The translations under genes and the position numbers were made by a program. Shown here piece by piece: positions 18,938 through 28,050 of a stretch of DNA of 64,000 nt. The notes under the pieces are model-generated. The model was given only the letters and a program-made list of their open reading frames with translations. It made no database searches and was not told where the DNA came from. The number at the start of each line of letters is the position of its first letter. Within the stretch, counting starts at the first letter, position 1. The stretch is from a virus, in IMG/VR virus record IMGVR_UViG_3300008116_000027, positions 12,886 to 76,885 of that record; one strand, 5' to 3'.

Positions 18938-19656
18938 TGTCTATATTAAAGGCATATAAAAGACATCCAAATTCTTTTATAATTGAACCTATTTCAGTAA
19001 AAAGACAATGGATGGACGAAACTCCAGACGGTCATGCGTATAGGTGTTTTCCAGTAACAATGGCAAATACAATAGGTTGGACATTATCGTGTCCAGTGGA
19101 CGTATCATTTATATGGGATGGGCAAATAGACACAACGCCAGATAGAGTTAAAATTTTATCTGGTCAAGAATATTGTTACACTGGAAGAGGCCAAGGTTCA
19201 GTAAGTTTTAATACAGGTCTTATTCTAAAATCAGAAAAACATATAAGTGTATTAAGTATTACTCCACAAAATTATTTTTATGAAGATTTTGAAGTAATGT
19301 CATCATTAATAAGTACATCTTTTTTTAATGTTGATTTTCCATTAGCAATTAAAGTTAAAATTCCAAATAAAGAAATTATTATAAAAGCTGGCACTCCCAT
19401 TGCTACAATTATTCCGATTTCTCTTACATCATTAAAAGATGAATCTATAGAAATAGAAAATTTTATAAAGCCAGAAGATTATGATGCTAAATTAAAAAGT
19501 TATGGAGATGCTGCTCAAGTAATAAATCAATCTGGACAGTGGACAGATTGGTATAGAGATGCTATTGATGAAACTGGCACATCTATTGGAGAGCATGAAA
19601 CTAAAGCTTTAAAATTAAAAGTAATAGATAATACAACAAAGGAAAATAACAATTAA
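18937..19656 (+). CDS. conserved hypothetical protein (DUF6065-like)
   Basis: RQWMD...AYRCFPVTMANTIGW and GTPIATIIP motifs. Confidence 0.65.
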   Translation: MSILKAYKRHPNSFIIEPISVKRQWMDETPDGHAYRCFPVTMANTIGWTLSCPVDVSFIWDGQIDTTPDRVKILSGQEYCYTGRGQGSVSFNTGLILKSEKHISVLSITPQNYFYEDFEVMSSLISTSFFNVDFPLAIKVKIPNKEIIIKAGTPIATIIPISLTSLKDESIEIENFIKPEDYDAKLKSYGDAAQVINQSGQWTDWYRDAIDETGTSIGEHETKALKLKVIDNTTKENNN

Positions 19657-20377
19657 TATAATTAAATTTGTATCAAATAGGCCTTGGTTAAATAAAGAAA
19701 GTATTTCTAAGCCAACAGCAGCCATAAAAGAAATACCAGAATGGTTTAGAAAGGCAGATAGATTTGCAGTTAATCCAATTACTAAAGATTATTGGAAAGG
19801 GCCAGACGGAGGCAAAGTTCCTACATGGAAGGCTTGCCCAGCTATATTTGATATATTAGGCACTGGCTATGTTCTTAAAACACCATGCGACATTAAATTT
19901 TATTTAAAAAATAATAAAATGTCTGTTGAAATAAAAGAAGATAGGTATAAAGATTTTTGTTCTCAAAGAGACCCTATGCCACAATTTGTTCATCCAAAAG
20001 GTTACCATAAAGAACATTTTGCATGGTACCCAGACTGGGCAATTGAGTTGCCAGAAGGATACAGTGCTTTATACACAACCCCATTTAATAGGTTTGATTT
20101 ACCATTTTTAATGACTACTGGAATTGTAGATAATGATAAAATTAATTTACCAGGAACAATGCCATTTTTTATAATTAGAGGATTTGAAGGAGTGCTACCA
20201 GCAGGAACTCCATATGCTCAAATAATTCCATTTAAAAGAGAAGATTGGTCATCAGAAATATTTATAGAAAATCCAAATAATTTATACAAAAAGAATCAAA
20301 AAAATAGTGATAAATATAGAGTAAAAGATGGTGGAGTCTATAAAAATGAAGTTTGGTCTAAAAGAACATATGAATAG
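19652..20377 (+). CDS. conserved hypothetical protein related to the preceding gene; probable non-canonical ATT start
   Basis: Frame is open 89 codons upstream of ATG19919 and encodes IPEWFRK...TWKACP...GYVLKTPCD; C-terminal GTPYAQIIPFKREDW. Confidence 0.7.
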   Translation: MNIIKFVSNRPWLNKESISKPTAAIKEIPEWFRKADRFAVNPITKDYWKGPDGGKVPTWKACPAIFDILGTGYVLKTPCDIKFYLKNNKMSVEIKEDRYKDFCSQRDPMPQFVHPKGYHKEHFAWYPDWAIELPEGYSALYTTPFNRFDLPFLMTTGIVDNDKINLPGTMPFFIIRGFEGVLPAGTPYAQIIPFKREDWSSEIFIENPNNLYKKNQKNSDKYRVKDGGVYKNEVWSKRTYE

Positions 20378-20394
20378 AATGATATAATAAATAT

Positions 20395-21066
20395 ATGGAC
20401 AATAATTTAGCAAATGGTGCAGCAAATTGGGATAACCGTGTTTCAATAACACCACCTGGATTTTTTGGCAACAGTCCAGAGCATATTCAGGCAAGAGAAA
20501 ATTTTATGACTGAAGAAGAGAGATTATTCTTATTAGAATCAGCTAAATCAATTAATGAGTGGGATAGAACCGAAACTCATTATAATGATGACGGAATTGT
20601 AATTTATGACTCTTCTTATTGGGATAACCGTGTTGCATCAAGACCAATTCTTGATAAAATAAATCCAGAGATATCTGTTGTAATTGAAAAACTTGTTGAA
20701 AGATTAAAAGTTGAAGTTGATAATCATTTTAATGTTGATGCTAAACCTACAAGTCCAGCAATTGTTAGATGGATGAAAGGATATAGACAAGAGCCACATG
20801 CAGACAAACAGTTGCAAAATGGAGAGCCAAATGATTTTCCTTGGTATGATCTTGCTGGATTATTTTATTTAAATGATGACTACGAAGGCGGAGAACTTTA
20901 TTTTATGCATCATGATGTACAATTTAAACCAAAACCTGGAGCAGCATATTTCTTCCCAGGAGATGTAGGATACAGTCACGGAGTAAAAGAAATAACAAAT
21001 GGAATTAGATATGTTATTCCATTTTTTTGGACAATTTTAAAACATACTGGTGATAAGCAGCCATGA
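20395..21066 (+). CDS. 2OG-Fe(II) oxygenase, prolyl-4-hydroxylase-like
   Basis: PHAD, YLNDDYEGGE, YSHGV, GIRY. Confidence 0.9.
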   Translation: MDNNLANGAANWDNRVSITPPGFFGNSPEHIQARENFMTEEERLFLLESAKSINEWDRTETHYNDDGIVIYDSSYWDNRVASRPILDKINPEISVVIEKLVERLKVEVDNHFNVDAKPTSPAIVRWMKGYRQEPHADKQLQNGEPNDFPWYDLAGLFYLNDDYEGGELYFMHHDVQFKPKPGAAYFFPGDVGYSHGVKEITNGIRYVIPFFWTILKHTGDKQP

Positions 21067-21857
21067 CAGTAGATTACACAGAAATATATCCTAAAATATA
21101 TGTATACCACAATTCAATAAAAGATCCTAATTTTTTTTTAAAGCAGTCTTTAAATCAATATAAAATTGGTTGGAAGGATTGGTCATTTTTTGGAAGATAT
21201 ATAGGAATTGGCGGGAAAACAGCTAAATATAAAAAATTTCCAACCTGGGAAGAATTTAAAGAGTCTATAGATTTACAAGAAAATCAACAACTAAGTTTAG
21301 AGTATATTGATAAGTTTTATCACAACACTAAACATTATATAGATAATAATTTAATTACTTTAAACGAATGGGCATACGAGTCTTCCTCTTTATGTGAATA
21401 TGATATAGCAAAAGGACATGACGGAGAATTCTCTATGGCCTATCACTCAGACTTTATTGTGCCAGAAAAAAATTGGCCAGGATTAAAATTTGAAATATCA
21501 GTAACAACTTATCTTAATGATGATTACGATGACGGTGAGTTGTGTTTTGCTATAGATAACGATTTATTTTCTTATAAACCTAAAGCTGGAGATATGATTA
21601 TTTTTCCATCAAGACCACCATATTTTCATGGAGTAAGAAAACATAAAAATAAAAATAGATATATGATTAGAGGATTTTGGCTATCTTCTTACGAAGGAAG
21701 TCTTGAATGGCATGAGGGATTGCTTAAATACGGTAAAGAAGAGTGGGAAAAAATGCAAAGAATCGAACTAGAAAAATATACCATAGAAAATATACCTTCT
21801 CCATCAGAATACGCATCTTCTTATTCTAGAGATAATGAAAGATTAAATATAAAATGA
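21063..21857 (+). CDS. 2OG-Fe(II) oxygenase
   Basis: YHSD, YLNDDYDDGE, YFHGV, NRY. Confidence 0.88.
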   Translation: MTVDYTEIYPKIYVYHNSIKDPNFFLKQSLNQYKIGWKDWSFFGRYIGIGGKTAKYKKFPTWEEFKESIDLQENQQLSLEYIDKFYHNTKHYIDNNLITLNEWAYESSSLCEYDIAKGHDGEFSMAYHSDFIVPEKNWPGLKFEISVTTYLNDDYDDGELCFAIDNDLFSYKPKAGDMIIFPSRPPYFHGVRKHKNKNRYMIRGFWLSSYEGSLEWHEGLLKYGKEEWEKMQRIELEKYTIENIPSPSEYASSYSRDNERLNIK

Positions 21858-22663
21858 AAAATTTAGAATTTATAACAATATATCCTGGAGTAAACGTATA
21901 CAGAAATGTTTTTCAGGATGTAAATGATTTTTTAGAAAAAGCAAAAAAATGTGAAAAATGGGAGCAATGGTATACATTTGGATCAATGCTTGCTCTTCAA
22001 GAAATGCCAATTAAATTTGATTCATTTCCAAATAAAGATGAGTATATGACATCAAGAAAATGGGACGACGGTACAGAAAATTCAAAAATAAGAGGACAGC
22101 TAGCAGAAGAAGTAGCAGAAATATTTTATGATGTAACAAGTCATTATATAAAAATGCATCCAGAGCATTCATTACAAAATTGGATAAAAAACCCCGCTTC
22201 TGTTAATAGATACAATGATGGATCAAGTATATCTGATAACTATTCAATGAACTACCATACAGACTATAATCAAGAAATTGAAGATTCAAGTGGTATTAAA
22301 TTTGGAATTACTACAACATTTTATTTAAATGATGACTATAAAGATGGAGAAATTTGTTTTAAAATTAATGATCATTTTATTTCTCATAAACCACAAAAGG
22401 GAGACGTAATAGTATTTCCATCTAAGCCACCATACTATCATGCAGTTAGAAAATCTAGTGGAACAGATAGATATATGATTAGATCATTTTGGCAATTTGA
22501 GTATGAAGGATCAAAAGAATGGCTAGAAAATCAAGAAAAATACGGCAAAGATGTTTGGGCGTCTATGGAAGAAAAAAGAATTAGCAAAGAAAGATTTATG
22601 TATCAAATTGAAGGAGAGTCTATGCATAAATTTTTTGGAAAAGATAATGGAATTAAACTATGA
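21854..22663 (+). CDS. 2OG-Fe(II) oxygenase
   Basis: YHTD, YLNDDYKDGE, YYHAV, DRY; paralog of the preceding gene. Confidence 0.88.
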   Translation: MKNLEFITIYPGVNVYRNVFQDVNDFLEKAKKCEKWEQWYTFGSMLALQEMPIKFDSFPNKDEYMTSRKWDDGTENSKIRGQLAEEVAEIFYDVTSHYIKMHPEHSLQNWIKNPASVNRYNDGSSISDNYSMNYHTDYNQEIEDSSGIKFGITTTFYLNDDYKDGEICFKINDHFISHKPQKGDVIVFPSKPPYYHAVRKSSGTDRYMIRSFWQFEYEGSKEWLENQEKYGKDVWASMEEKRISKERFMYQIEGESMHKFFGKDNGIKL

Positions 22664-23502
22664 GACAATGTACTTGTGGAAGATCTAATGCGTATCCATA
22701 TTGTGATGGAACTCATAAAAAGAAAAAGGAGCCAATAATGAAAGACGGCATGATAGATGTTTTAGATAAAAGTAAATTTATTGTTTTGCAAGACGAAGAA
22801 GTTCCAGAAAATAAAGCTGGTGTACTTGGAGTCTATACCAATAAAATTGTAGAAATACCCAACTTTATTGACCCAGCAATAGTTCCCAAGATGATTCATT
22901 TTTTTGAAAATTGTAATGTTGAGTGGGGAGATATTGCGTTTTACGGATCTTCTGGAAAAGGTATTTTAACTGACTCTGAAACAATGAAAAAATTTGGATT
23001 GCCAGATGAATTTTTTGATAAGTTAAAAAATAAATATCAGGAAACAGTAGAACTGGTATTCGGCAGAGAAGTTAGAGCAAATACTTCTCATGCACAAAAA
23101 TGGGATGTTGGAGGATTTGCAAGCCCGCATTCAGATAATTCAGATAATGAAGGAAAACCTAATGCTTTTGAAATAAATAAGTATGTTGGAATTTTATACT
23201 TAAACGATGACTATGAGGGTGGGGAATTATATTTTTGCGATAAAGATAATGAGATGAATCCATATCTATCATTTAAACCAAATGTATATTCTTATTATGT
23301 ATTTCCTGGAGGGTATGAAAATATTCACGGAGTATCAGAAATTACTAAAGGAACAAGATACACTATGGTATCATTTTGGGATTTTGCAGATTTAGTATAT
23401 GACGATGCTACTTTAGAAAAATGGAAAGAAGAAGAAAAGCAAGTTAGAATTGAACAGGCTGCACAAAAAGAAGAATGGCTAAAAGGAAATAAATATGCCT
23501 AA
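22660..23502 (+). CDS. CDGSH [2Fe-2S] motif fused to a 2OG-Fe(II) oxygenase
   Basis: N-terminal CTCGRSNAYPYCDGTH; PHSD, YLNDDYEGGE, IHGV, GTRY. Confidence 0.85.
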   Translation: MRQCTCGRSNAYPYCDGTHKKKKEPIMKDGMIDVLDKSKFIVLQDEEVPENKAGVLGVYTNKIVEIPNFIDPAIVPKMIHFFENCNVEWGDIAFYGSSGKGILTDSETMKKFGLPDEFFDKLKNKYQETVELVFGREVRANTSHAQKWDVGGFASPHSDNSDNEGKPNAFEINKYVGILYLNDDYEGGELYFCDKDNEMNPYLSFKPNVYSYYVFPGGYENIHGVSEITKGTRYTMVSFWDFADLVYDDATLEKWKEEEKQVRIEQAAQKEEWLKGNKYA

Positions 23503-24091
23503 TGTTCAAAGATTTGAAAAAATATCATATTATAAAAACGTTATAGACGATCCTAAATCACTAATCAATTTAATAGAGGAGTCAGATAAAAATTTAACGT
23601 CAGATACTAGTATCCCAAGTTGGCAAGAATGGAATGCTAGCGGAGATAGTCCTTATCAATTTGGTTATCAAAAAAGATTTAACAATAATGTTGAAGCTGA
23701 TACTTCTCTAGAAATTAAAAAAATAAATATGACATTAAAAAATGCTATTGTAGATGCATCTAATGATTATTCAAAAGAATATGGTATAAATATAGGAACA
23801 TTAATGCCTTTATCTATAAGTAAGTATTCCACTGGAAAATCTATGGGCCCTCATGTAGACGATTATAATAATGGAGATGACCCAAACATATCAGTAGTTT
23901 TATATTTAAATGATAATTATGACGGTGGTGAGATTAATTTCCCAAATCAAAACATAACAATAAAACCAGAAGCAGGAAGCATTGTGATATTCCCATCTGT
24001 AGAGCCATATTACCACGAATCCCTACCAGTTATTTCTGGTATTAAATATATGTCTCCTGGATTTTGGCGTAAAGTAGACAAGGTGGTATAA
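23495..24091 (+). CDS. 2OG-Fe(II) oxygenase, prolyl-4-hydroxylase-like
   Basis: PHVD, YLNDNYDGGE, YYHES, GIKY. Confidence 0.9.
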   Translation: MPNVQRFEKISYYKNVIDDPKSLINLIEESDKNLTSDTSIPSWQEWNASGDSPYQFGYQKRFNNNVEADTSLEIKKINMTLKNAIVDASNDYSKEYGINIGTLMPLSISKYSTGKSMGPHVDDYNNGDDPNISVVLYLNDNYDGGEINFPNQNITIKPEAGSIVIFPSVEPYYHESLPVISGIKYMSPGFWRKVDKVV

Positions 24092-24098
24092 TTTAAAA

Positions 24099-25202
24099 AT
24101 GGCCACTATTCCAAATGATAAAAACTGGAGATTCCCAGACTACACAGATTCACCAGATATACCAAGAGATATTTCTTATTTAGCTGCAGATATTTCAGAG
24201 TATATAGATTCTCACCCAGGTCCACAAGGTGAGCAGGGGGATACTGGACCAGCAGGACCAGCAAACGTTTTATCAGTCGGAACAGTAACAACTGGACCAG
24301 CAGAGTCTTCAGCCTCAGTTACAATTACTGGTACATCACCAGAGCAAACAATCAATTTTACAATTCCTCGTGGCGATACTGGAGCAACTGGTGCAACTGG
24401 CGCACAAGGTATTCAGGGAATACAGGGCATACAAGGAGAACAAGGAATTCAAGGTATACAAGGAGAAAAGGGCGACAAGGGCGATACTGGTGCAACTGGC
24501 GCAACAGGACCTCAAGGTATACAAGGCGAAAAAGGTGATGATGGTGACCAGGGCATACAAGGAGAACAAGGAACTGGCGTTAATATATTAGGTTCTTATG
24601 CTAATCTTACAGCACTACAGACAGCACATCCAACTGGAAGCTCTGGAGATGCATATTTAATAGATAATGATTTATATGTTTGGTCTCAATCAACATCTTC
24701 ATGGATAAACGTTGGAACAATAAGAGGCCCACAAGGTATTCAAGGAGAGCATGGCATACAGGGTCCAAAAGGCGATAAGGGAGATACTGGCGATACTGGA
24801 GCAACTGGTGCACAAGGACCGCAAGGCCCACAAGGCGAACCAGGATTAACAGGAGCAGACGGAGCAGACGGAGCAGACGGAGCAGACGGTCAAGACCTTA
24901 CATCAGTATTTACAATATCACAAAAATCTACATCTTACACATTAGTGGCATCAGATCTTGGAAAATTAATAGAAATGTCAAATGGCGGAGATCTAATTAT
25001 ACCAACAGATTCAGAAATATTTGATATCGGATCTACTATAGATATAATTCAAACTGGATCATCGCAAGTAACAATAGGCGGAGATACTGGTGTAACAGTA
25101 AACTCAACCCCAGGATTAAAATTAAGAGCACAGTGGTCATCTGCAACATTAATTAAAAGAGGAAATAATCTTTGGGTTGCTGTAGGCGATTTGAGCGTCT
25201 AA
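24099..25202 (+). CDS. collagen-like fibre protein
   Basis: Three Gly-X-Y tracts; C-terminal domain ending LRAQWSSATLIKRGNNLWVAVGDL is shared with 13641-16115. Confidence 0.85.
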   Translation: MATIPNDKNWRFPDYTDSPDIPRDISYLAADISEYIDSHPGPQGEQGDTGPAGPANVLSVGTVTTGPAESSASVTITGTSPEQTINFTIPRGDTGATGATGAQGIQGIQGIQGEQGIQGIQGEKGDKGDTGATGATGPQGIQGEKGDDGDQGIQGEQGTGVNILGSYANLTALQTAHPTGSSGDAYLIDNDLYVWSQSTSSWINVGTIRGPQGIQGEHGIQGPKGDKGDTGDTGATGAQGPQGPQGEPGLTGADGADGADGADGQDLTSVFTISQKSTSYTLVASDLGKLIEMSNGGDLIIPTDSEIFDIGSTIDIIQTGSSQVTIGGDTGVTVNSTPGLKLRAQWSSATLIKRGNNLWVAVGDLSV

Positions 25203-25203
25203 A

Positions 25204-26118
25204 ATGCCAAAAAGAAATCGTGGTAGATCTGGTACAAGAAAAACAAATGTTCCAAATTATTTAGGACAAACTTCTACCGACACGCAAACATCTTTAACAA
25301 ATCTTGGATTTGTTTATATATATAATACAACCGATACTACAACAGAGTCTGATAATTTAAAAATATATTCACAAAGTATTTCTTCTGGTCAATTATATAC
25401 TTTGGGATCACAAGTTTCAGTTGAATATTATGTGTATGTTGCGCCGTTCTTCCCACCGTTCTTTCCATTTTTCCCACCCTATTTCCCACCGTTCTTTCCA
25501 TTTTTCCCACCCTATTTCCCACCGTTCTTTCCATTTTTCCCACCCTATTTCCCACCGTTCTTTCCATTTTTCCCACCAAGATTTGCCCCAGTGGGTCCTT
25601 ATTTCCCAGCATGCCTAGATGAAAACACTTTAGTGTTAACTAACGAAGGAATGAAGCCAGCTAAAGATATTAAGGTCGGGGATACATTATTAACAGTTGA
25701 TGCATTAGGATTGTCTAATCAACCAAATGCAACCCCACTTGAAATTAATGTTAAAAATCTTAATATAACAAACTTAAGATCTACACAGGTTACAAATGTA
25801 ATTGTTTCTGATAAAACAGATAGAGTCTATTTTAATGAAAATACAGAAATTCAATTTACTGAAACTCACCCAATATTCGTAAAACGAAATAATGAATATC
25901 GTGTAGTAGAAGCGGGATCAGTTCAAGAGGGAGATATCATTATAATTATAAATATAAGTCTCTTAAAAGAACAAATAAATATATCAGAAGTAATAACTGA
26001 AACTGTAATAAATAAAGTTGAAAAGAAAACTTTAGATGTTGCAAAAAATGTATATACGTTTAGCTGTGATCCATATAATTGGTATTTTGCTGGAAATATA
26101 TTAACTCACAATAAGTAG
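25204..26118 (+). CDS. PASTA / Pro-Phe-Tyr repeat / C-terminal Hint-domain protein
   Basis: VPNYLG...L..LGF...IYSQS..SG PASTA-like pattern; repeat tract; Hint domain from Cys (nt 25612) with TETH, ending THNK-stop. Confidence 0.85.
   Translation: MPKRNRGRSGTRKTNVPNYLGQTSTDTQTSLTNLGFVYIYNTTDTTTESDNLKIYSQSISSGQLYTLGSQVSVEYYVYVAPFFPPFFPFFPPYFPPFFPFFPPYFPPFFPFFPPYFPPFFPFFPPRFAPVGPYFPACLDENTLVLTNEGMKPAKDIKVGDTLLTVDALGLSNQPNATPLEINVKNLNITNLRSTQVTNVIVSDKTDRVYFNENTEIQFTETHPIFVKRNNEYRVVEAGSVQEGDIIIIINISLLKEQINISEVITETVINKVEKKTLDVAKNVYTFSCDPYNWYFAGNILTHNK
25453..25584 (+). repeat. 33-nt tandem repeat (PPFFPFFPPYF) x3 plus one variant copy
   Basis: ccaccgttctttccatttttcccaccctatttc occurs three times; the fourth copy ends PPRF. 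Confidence 0.9.
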
Positions 26119-26136
26119 ATTGGAGGTTGTCAATAA

Positions 26137-27987
26137 ATGTCATATAAACTTAAAATATTAAAAGACCATCCTATTGGATTTTGGCAACTTGATGATGTGG
26201 CTACAAATCCTACTTTTGACTTTACTGATATTTTAGAAAAATATGATACCTATCAAGATTTATTAGATGCATATGAAGACTATGCAAATATAAACTATTT
26301 TGCAGAAGATAGTTCTGGATGCTCTAATACTGGACTGTATGTCGGAACTTTTGATACTAATAAAAAATATTTTCCTTTATCTCCAGGAGGAAGATATTCT
26401 ATAGATATAACATCATCTAAAAGTATAGATTTCCCAATAATTAATAGTTACTATAAAAATAATGCACCTGGCGGTTTTGCTACAAGAGATTATGGAGATA
26501 ATGATTTTACACTAGAATGCTGGATCTACCCAGAAATAACCACTAATTCTTTAACAACAATATTTGCCGATAGTAGTAAAAATGTTGGCATATTTTACCA
26601 AAATGGAAATATCATTTTTAAATTAGATCAAGAACTTTTAGAATATACATTACCAATTATAAATAAATCAATGCATATAGTTGCAGTATATTTAGTAACA
26701 GAAGCTCATTTATATATAGATGGCAAACTATCCATTAGTAAAACAATATCTTCTAATCCATTTACCAATACTGAAATTTTATTAACCTCTGGGCCCACAT
26801 CAAATTTAAACGATAAATTTTTAATAGACGATATAGCAGTATATAGATATGGTCTATCTAATATAAAAATATTAGATCATTATTATAATGATAGCTATAC
26901 AAATCCATCTCAAATAATACAAGTAGACAATGGAGAAATTTTTGAATTTTACGATACAGATATAAGTAAAGTTTTTTCTTATTCATATCCTTTAAATAGG
27001 CCCTGGCAAGAAGTCGTGACAGAAGATTTATATTATGACCAAACAAATCAATATATACAAATTAAAAAAAGTGGCGTACAAGAGTCTAAGTCTATTGTAA
27101 TAGAAGATACAATATACTTACCAGCAGCAACTTCTATAAATTCTTCAAAAATAGATTGGTTTGGAGATAATGGAATTACTGTTGAAACTAGTATTAATGG
27201 AGAAGATTATGAATTGTGTATCAACGGACAGTCTATACCACAATACACCTCATTAAATTTTAACAATAGTAGAGTTTTAAATATAAAAATAACAATAGGC
27301 TCAACGGACATTTCTAAATATTTACCAAAATTATATAATTTAAATATTAGTTTTTATAATAATCAAATTATGTATTCAAAAAATGGAACAAGCTATTTGT
27401 CAAAAATTGAAAATAAAGACTATTATTTAGGAGAAAATAAATACCCAATTTTATCTAGGGATCCAAGAAATGGAATATTGTGTCCAAGTAACTCTGGATT
27501 TAATATTAATTTATTTCAATTAAAACAATCAATAGAATTTTTTTATACACCATATAGTTTAAATAAAGGTCTACTAATTAGCTCAATTATAGATGAAGAC
27601 GGGGCAGCCAGCGAATATTCATGGAATACAGATGGATCAATTAATCAAACTAACATAGAGTCTATTTATGTCAATGGTATAGATGTTTCTCTAGAAGATG
27701 ACATATCTAATATATTTACATTAAACGATATACATCACGTTGTGATTAATTTTACAGACCCTATATATGGGCTAGCAACAATCAACTACAAGTCATCTGG
27801 TTCAACAAAAGCCCTATATCAATATATGTCATTTTACCAGAATTCATTAAGTTATAATACTATAATTAATCATTATCGTTTATATACCTCTAGAGACCTA
27901 TATCAAACAAGTTATTCTTCCATGTTTATGTCAGAAAACTCAGTTAATCTATATAATAATGACTGGATTGTGGTACAAAACTCATAA
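26137..27987 (+). CDS. virion protein with concanavalin A/LamG-like domain
   Basis: DHPIGFWQLD, FTLECWI, HIVAVY, LYIDG, IDDIAVY..L. Confidence 0.7.
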   Translation: MSYKLKILKDHPIGFWQLDDVATNPTFDFTDILEKYDTYQDLLDAYEDYANINYFAEDSSGCSNTGLYVGTFDTNKKYFPLSPGGRYSIDITSSKSIDFPIINSYYKNNAPGGFATRDYGDNDFTLECWIYPEITTNSLTTIFADSSKNVGIFYQNGNIIFKLDQELLEYTLPIINKSMHIVAVYLVTEAHLYIDGKLSISKTISSNPFTNTEILLTSGPTSNLNDKFLIDDIAVYRYGLSNIKILDHYYNDSYTNPSQIIQVDNGEIFEFYDTDISKVFSYSYPLNRPWQEVVTEDLYYDQTNQYIQIKKSGVQESKSIVIEDTIYLPAATSINSSKIDWFGDNGITVETSINGEDYELCINGQSIPQYTSLNFNNSRVLNIKITIGSTDISKYLPKLYNLNISFYNNQIMYSKNGTSYLSKIENKDYYLGENKYPILSRDPRNGILCPSNSGFNINLFQLKQSIEFFYTPYSLNKGLLISSIIDEDGAASEYSWNTDGSINQTNIESIYVNGIDVSLEDDISNIFTLNDIHHVVINFTDPIYGLATINYKSSGSTKALYQYMSFYQNSLSYNTIINHYRLYTSRDLYQTSYSSMFMSENSVNLYNNDWIVVQNS

Positions 27988-28050
27988 TTATGTCAACTGT
28001 CTTGACAATATATGGACTTTAACCGTAAGTAATGGTAGAATTGAGACCTA

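Noticed and set aside
17562-24091. TET/JBP-type DNA hypermodification cluster
   Set aside because: The motifs (YLNDDY.GGE.F, FPS...H) fit the P4H-like branch, and no nucleotide kinase, thymidylate-synthase-like or DNA methylase partner is adjacent. Not fully excluded without nucleoside analysis.
25453-25584. 33-nt direct repeats resembling a CRISPR array
   Set aside because: The repeats are contiguous with no spacers, in frame within a gene, and no cas genes are present.
13641-26118. Diversity-generating retroelement, suggested by the Mtd-N-like domain and near-identical DNA patches in the paralogs
   Set aside because: No reverse transcriptase in the window; both copies are coding, and the differences I checked are mostly synonymous rather than adenine-specific.
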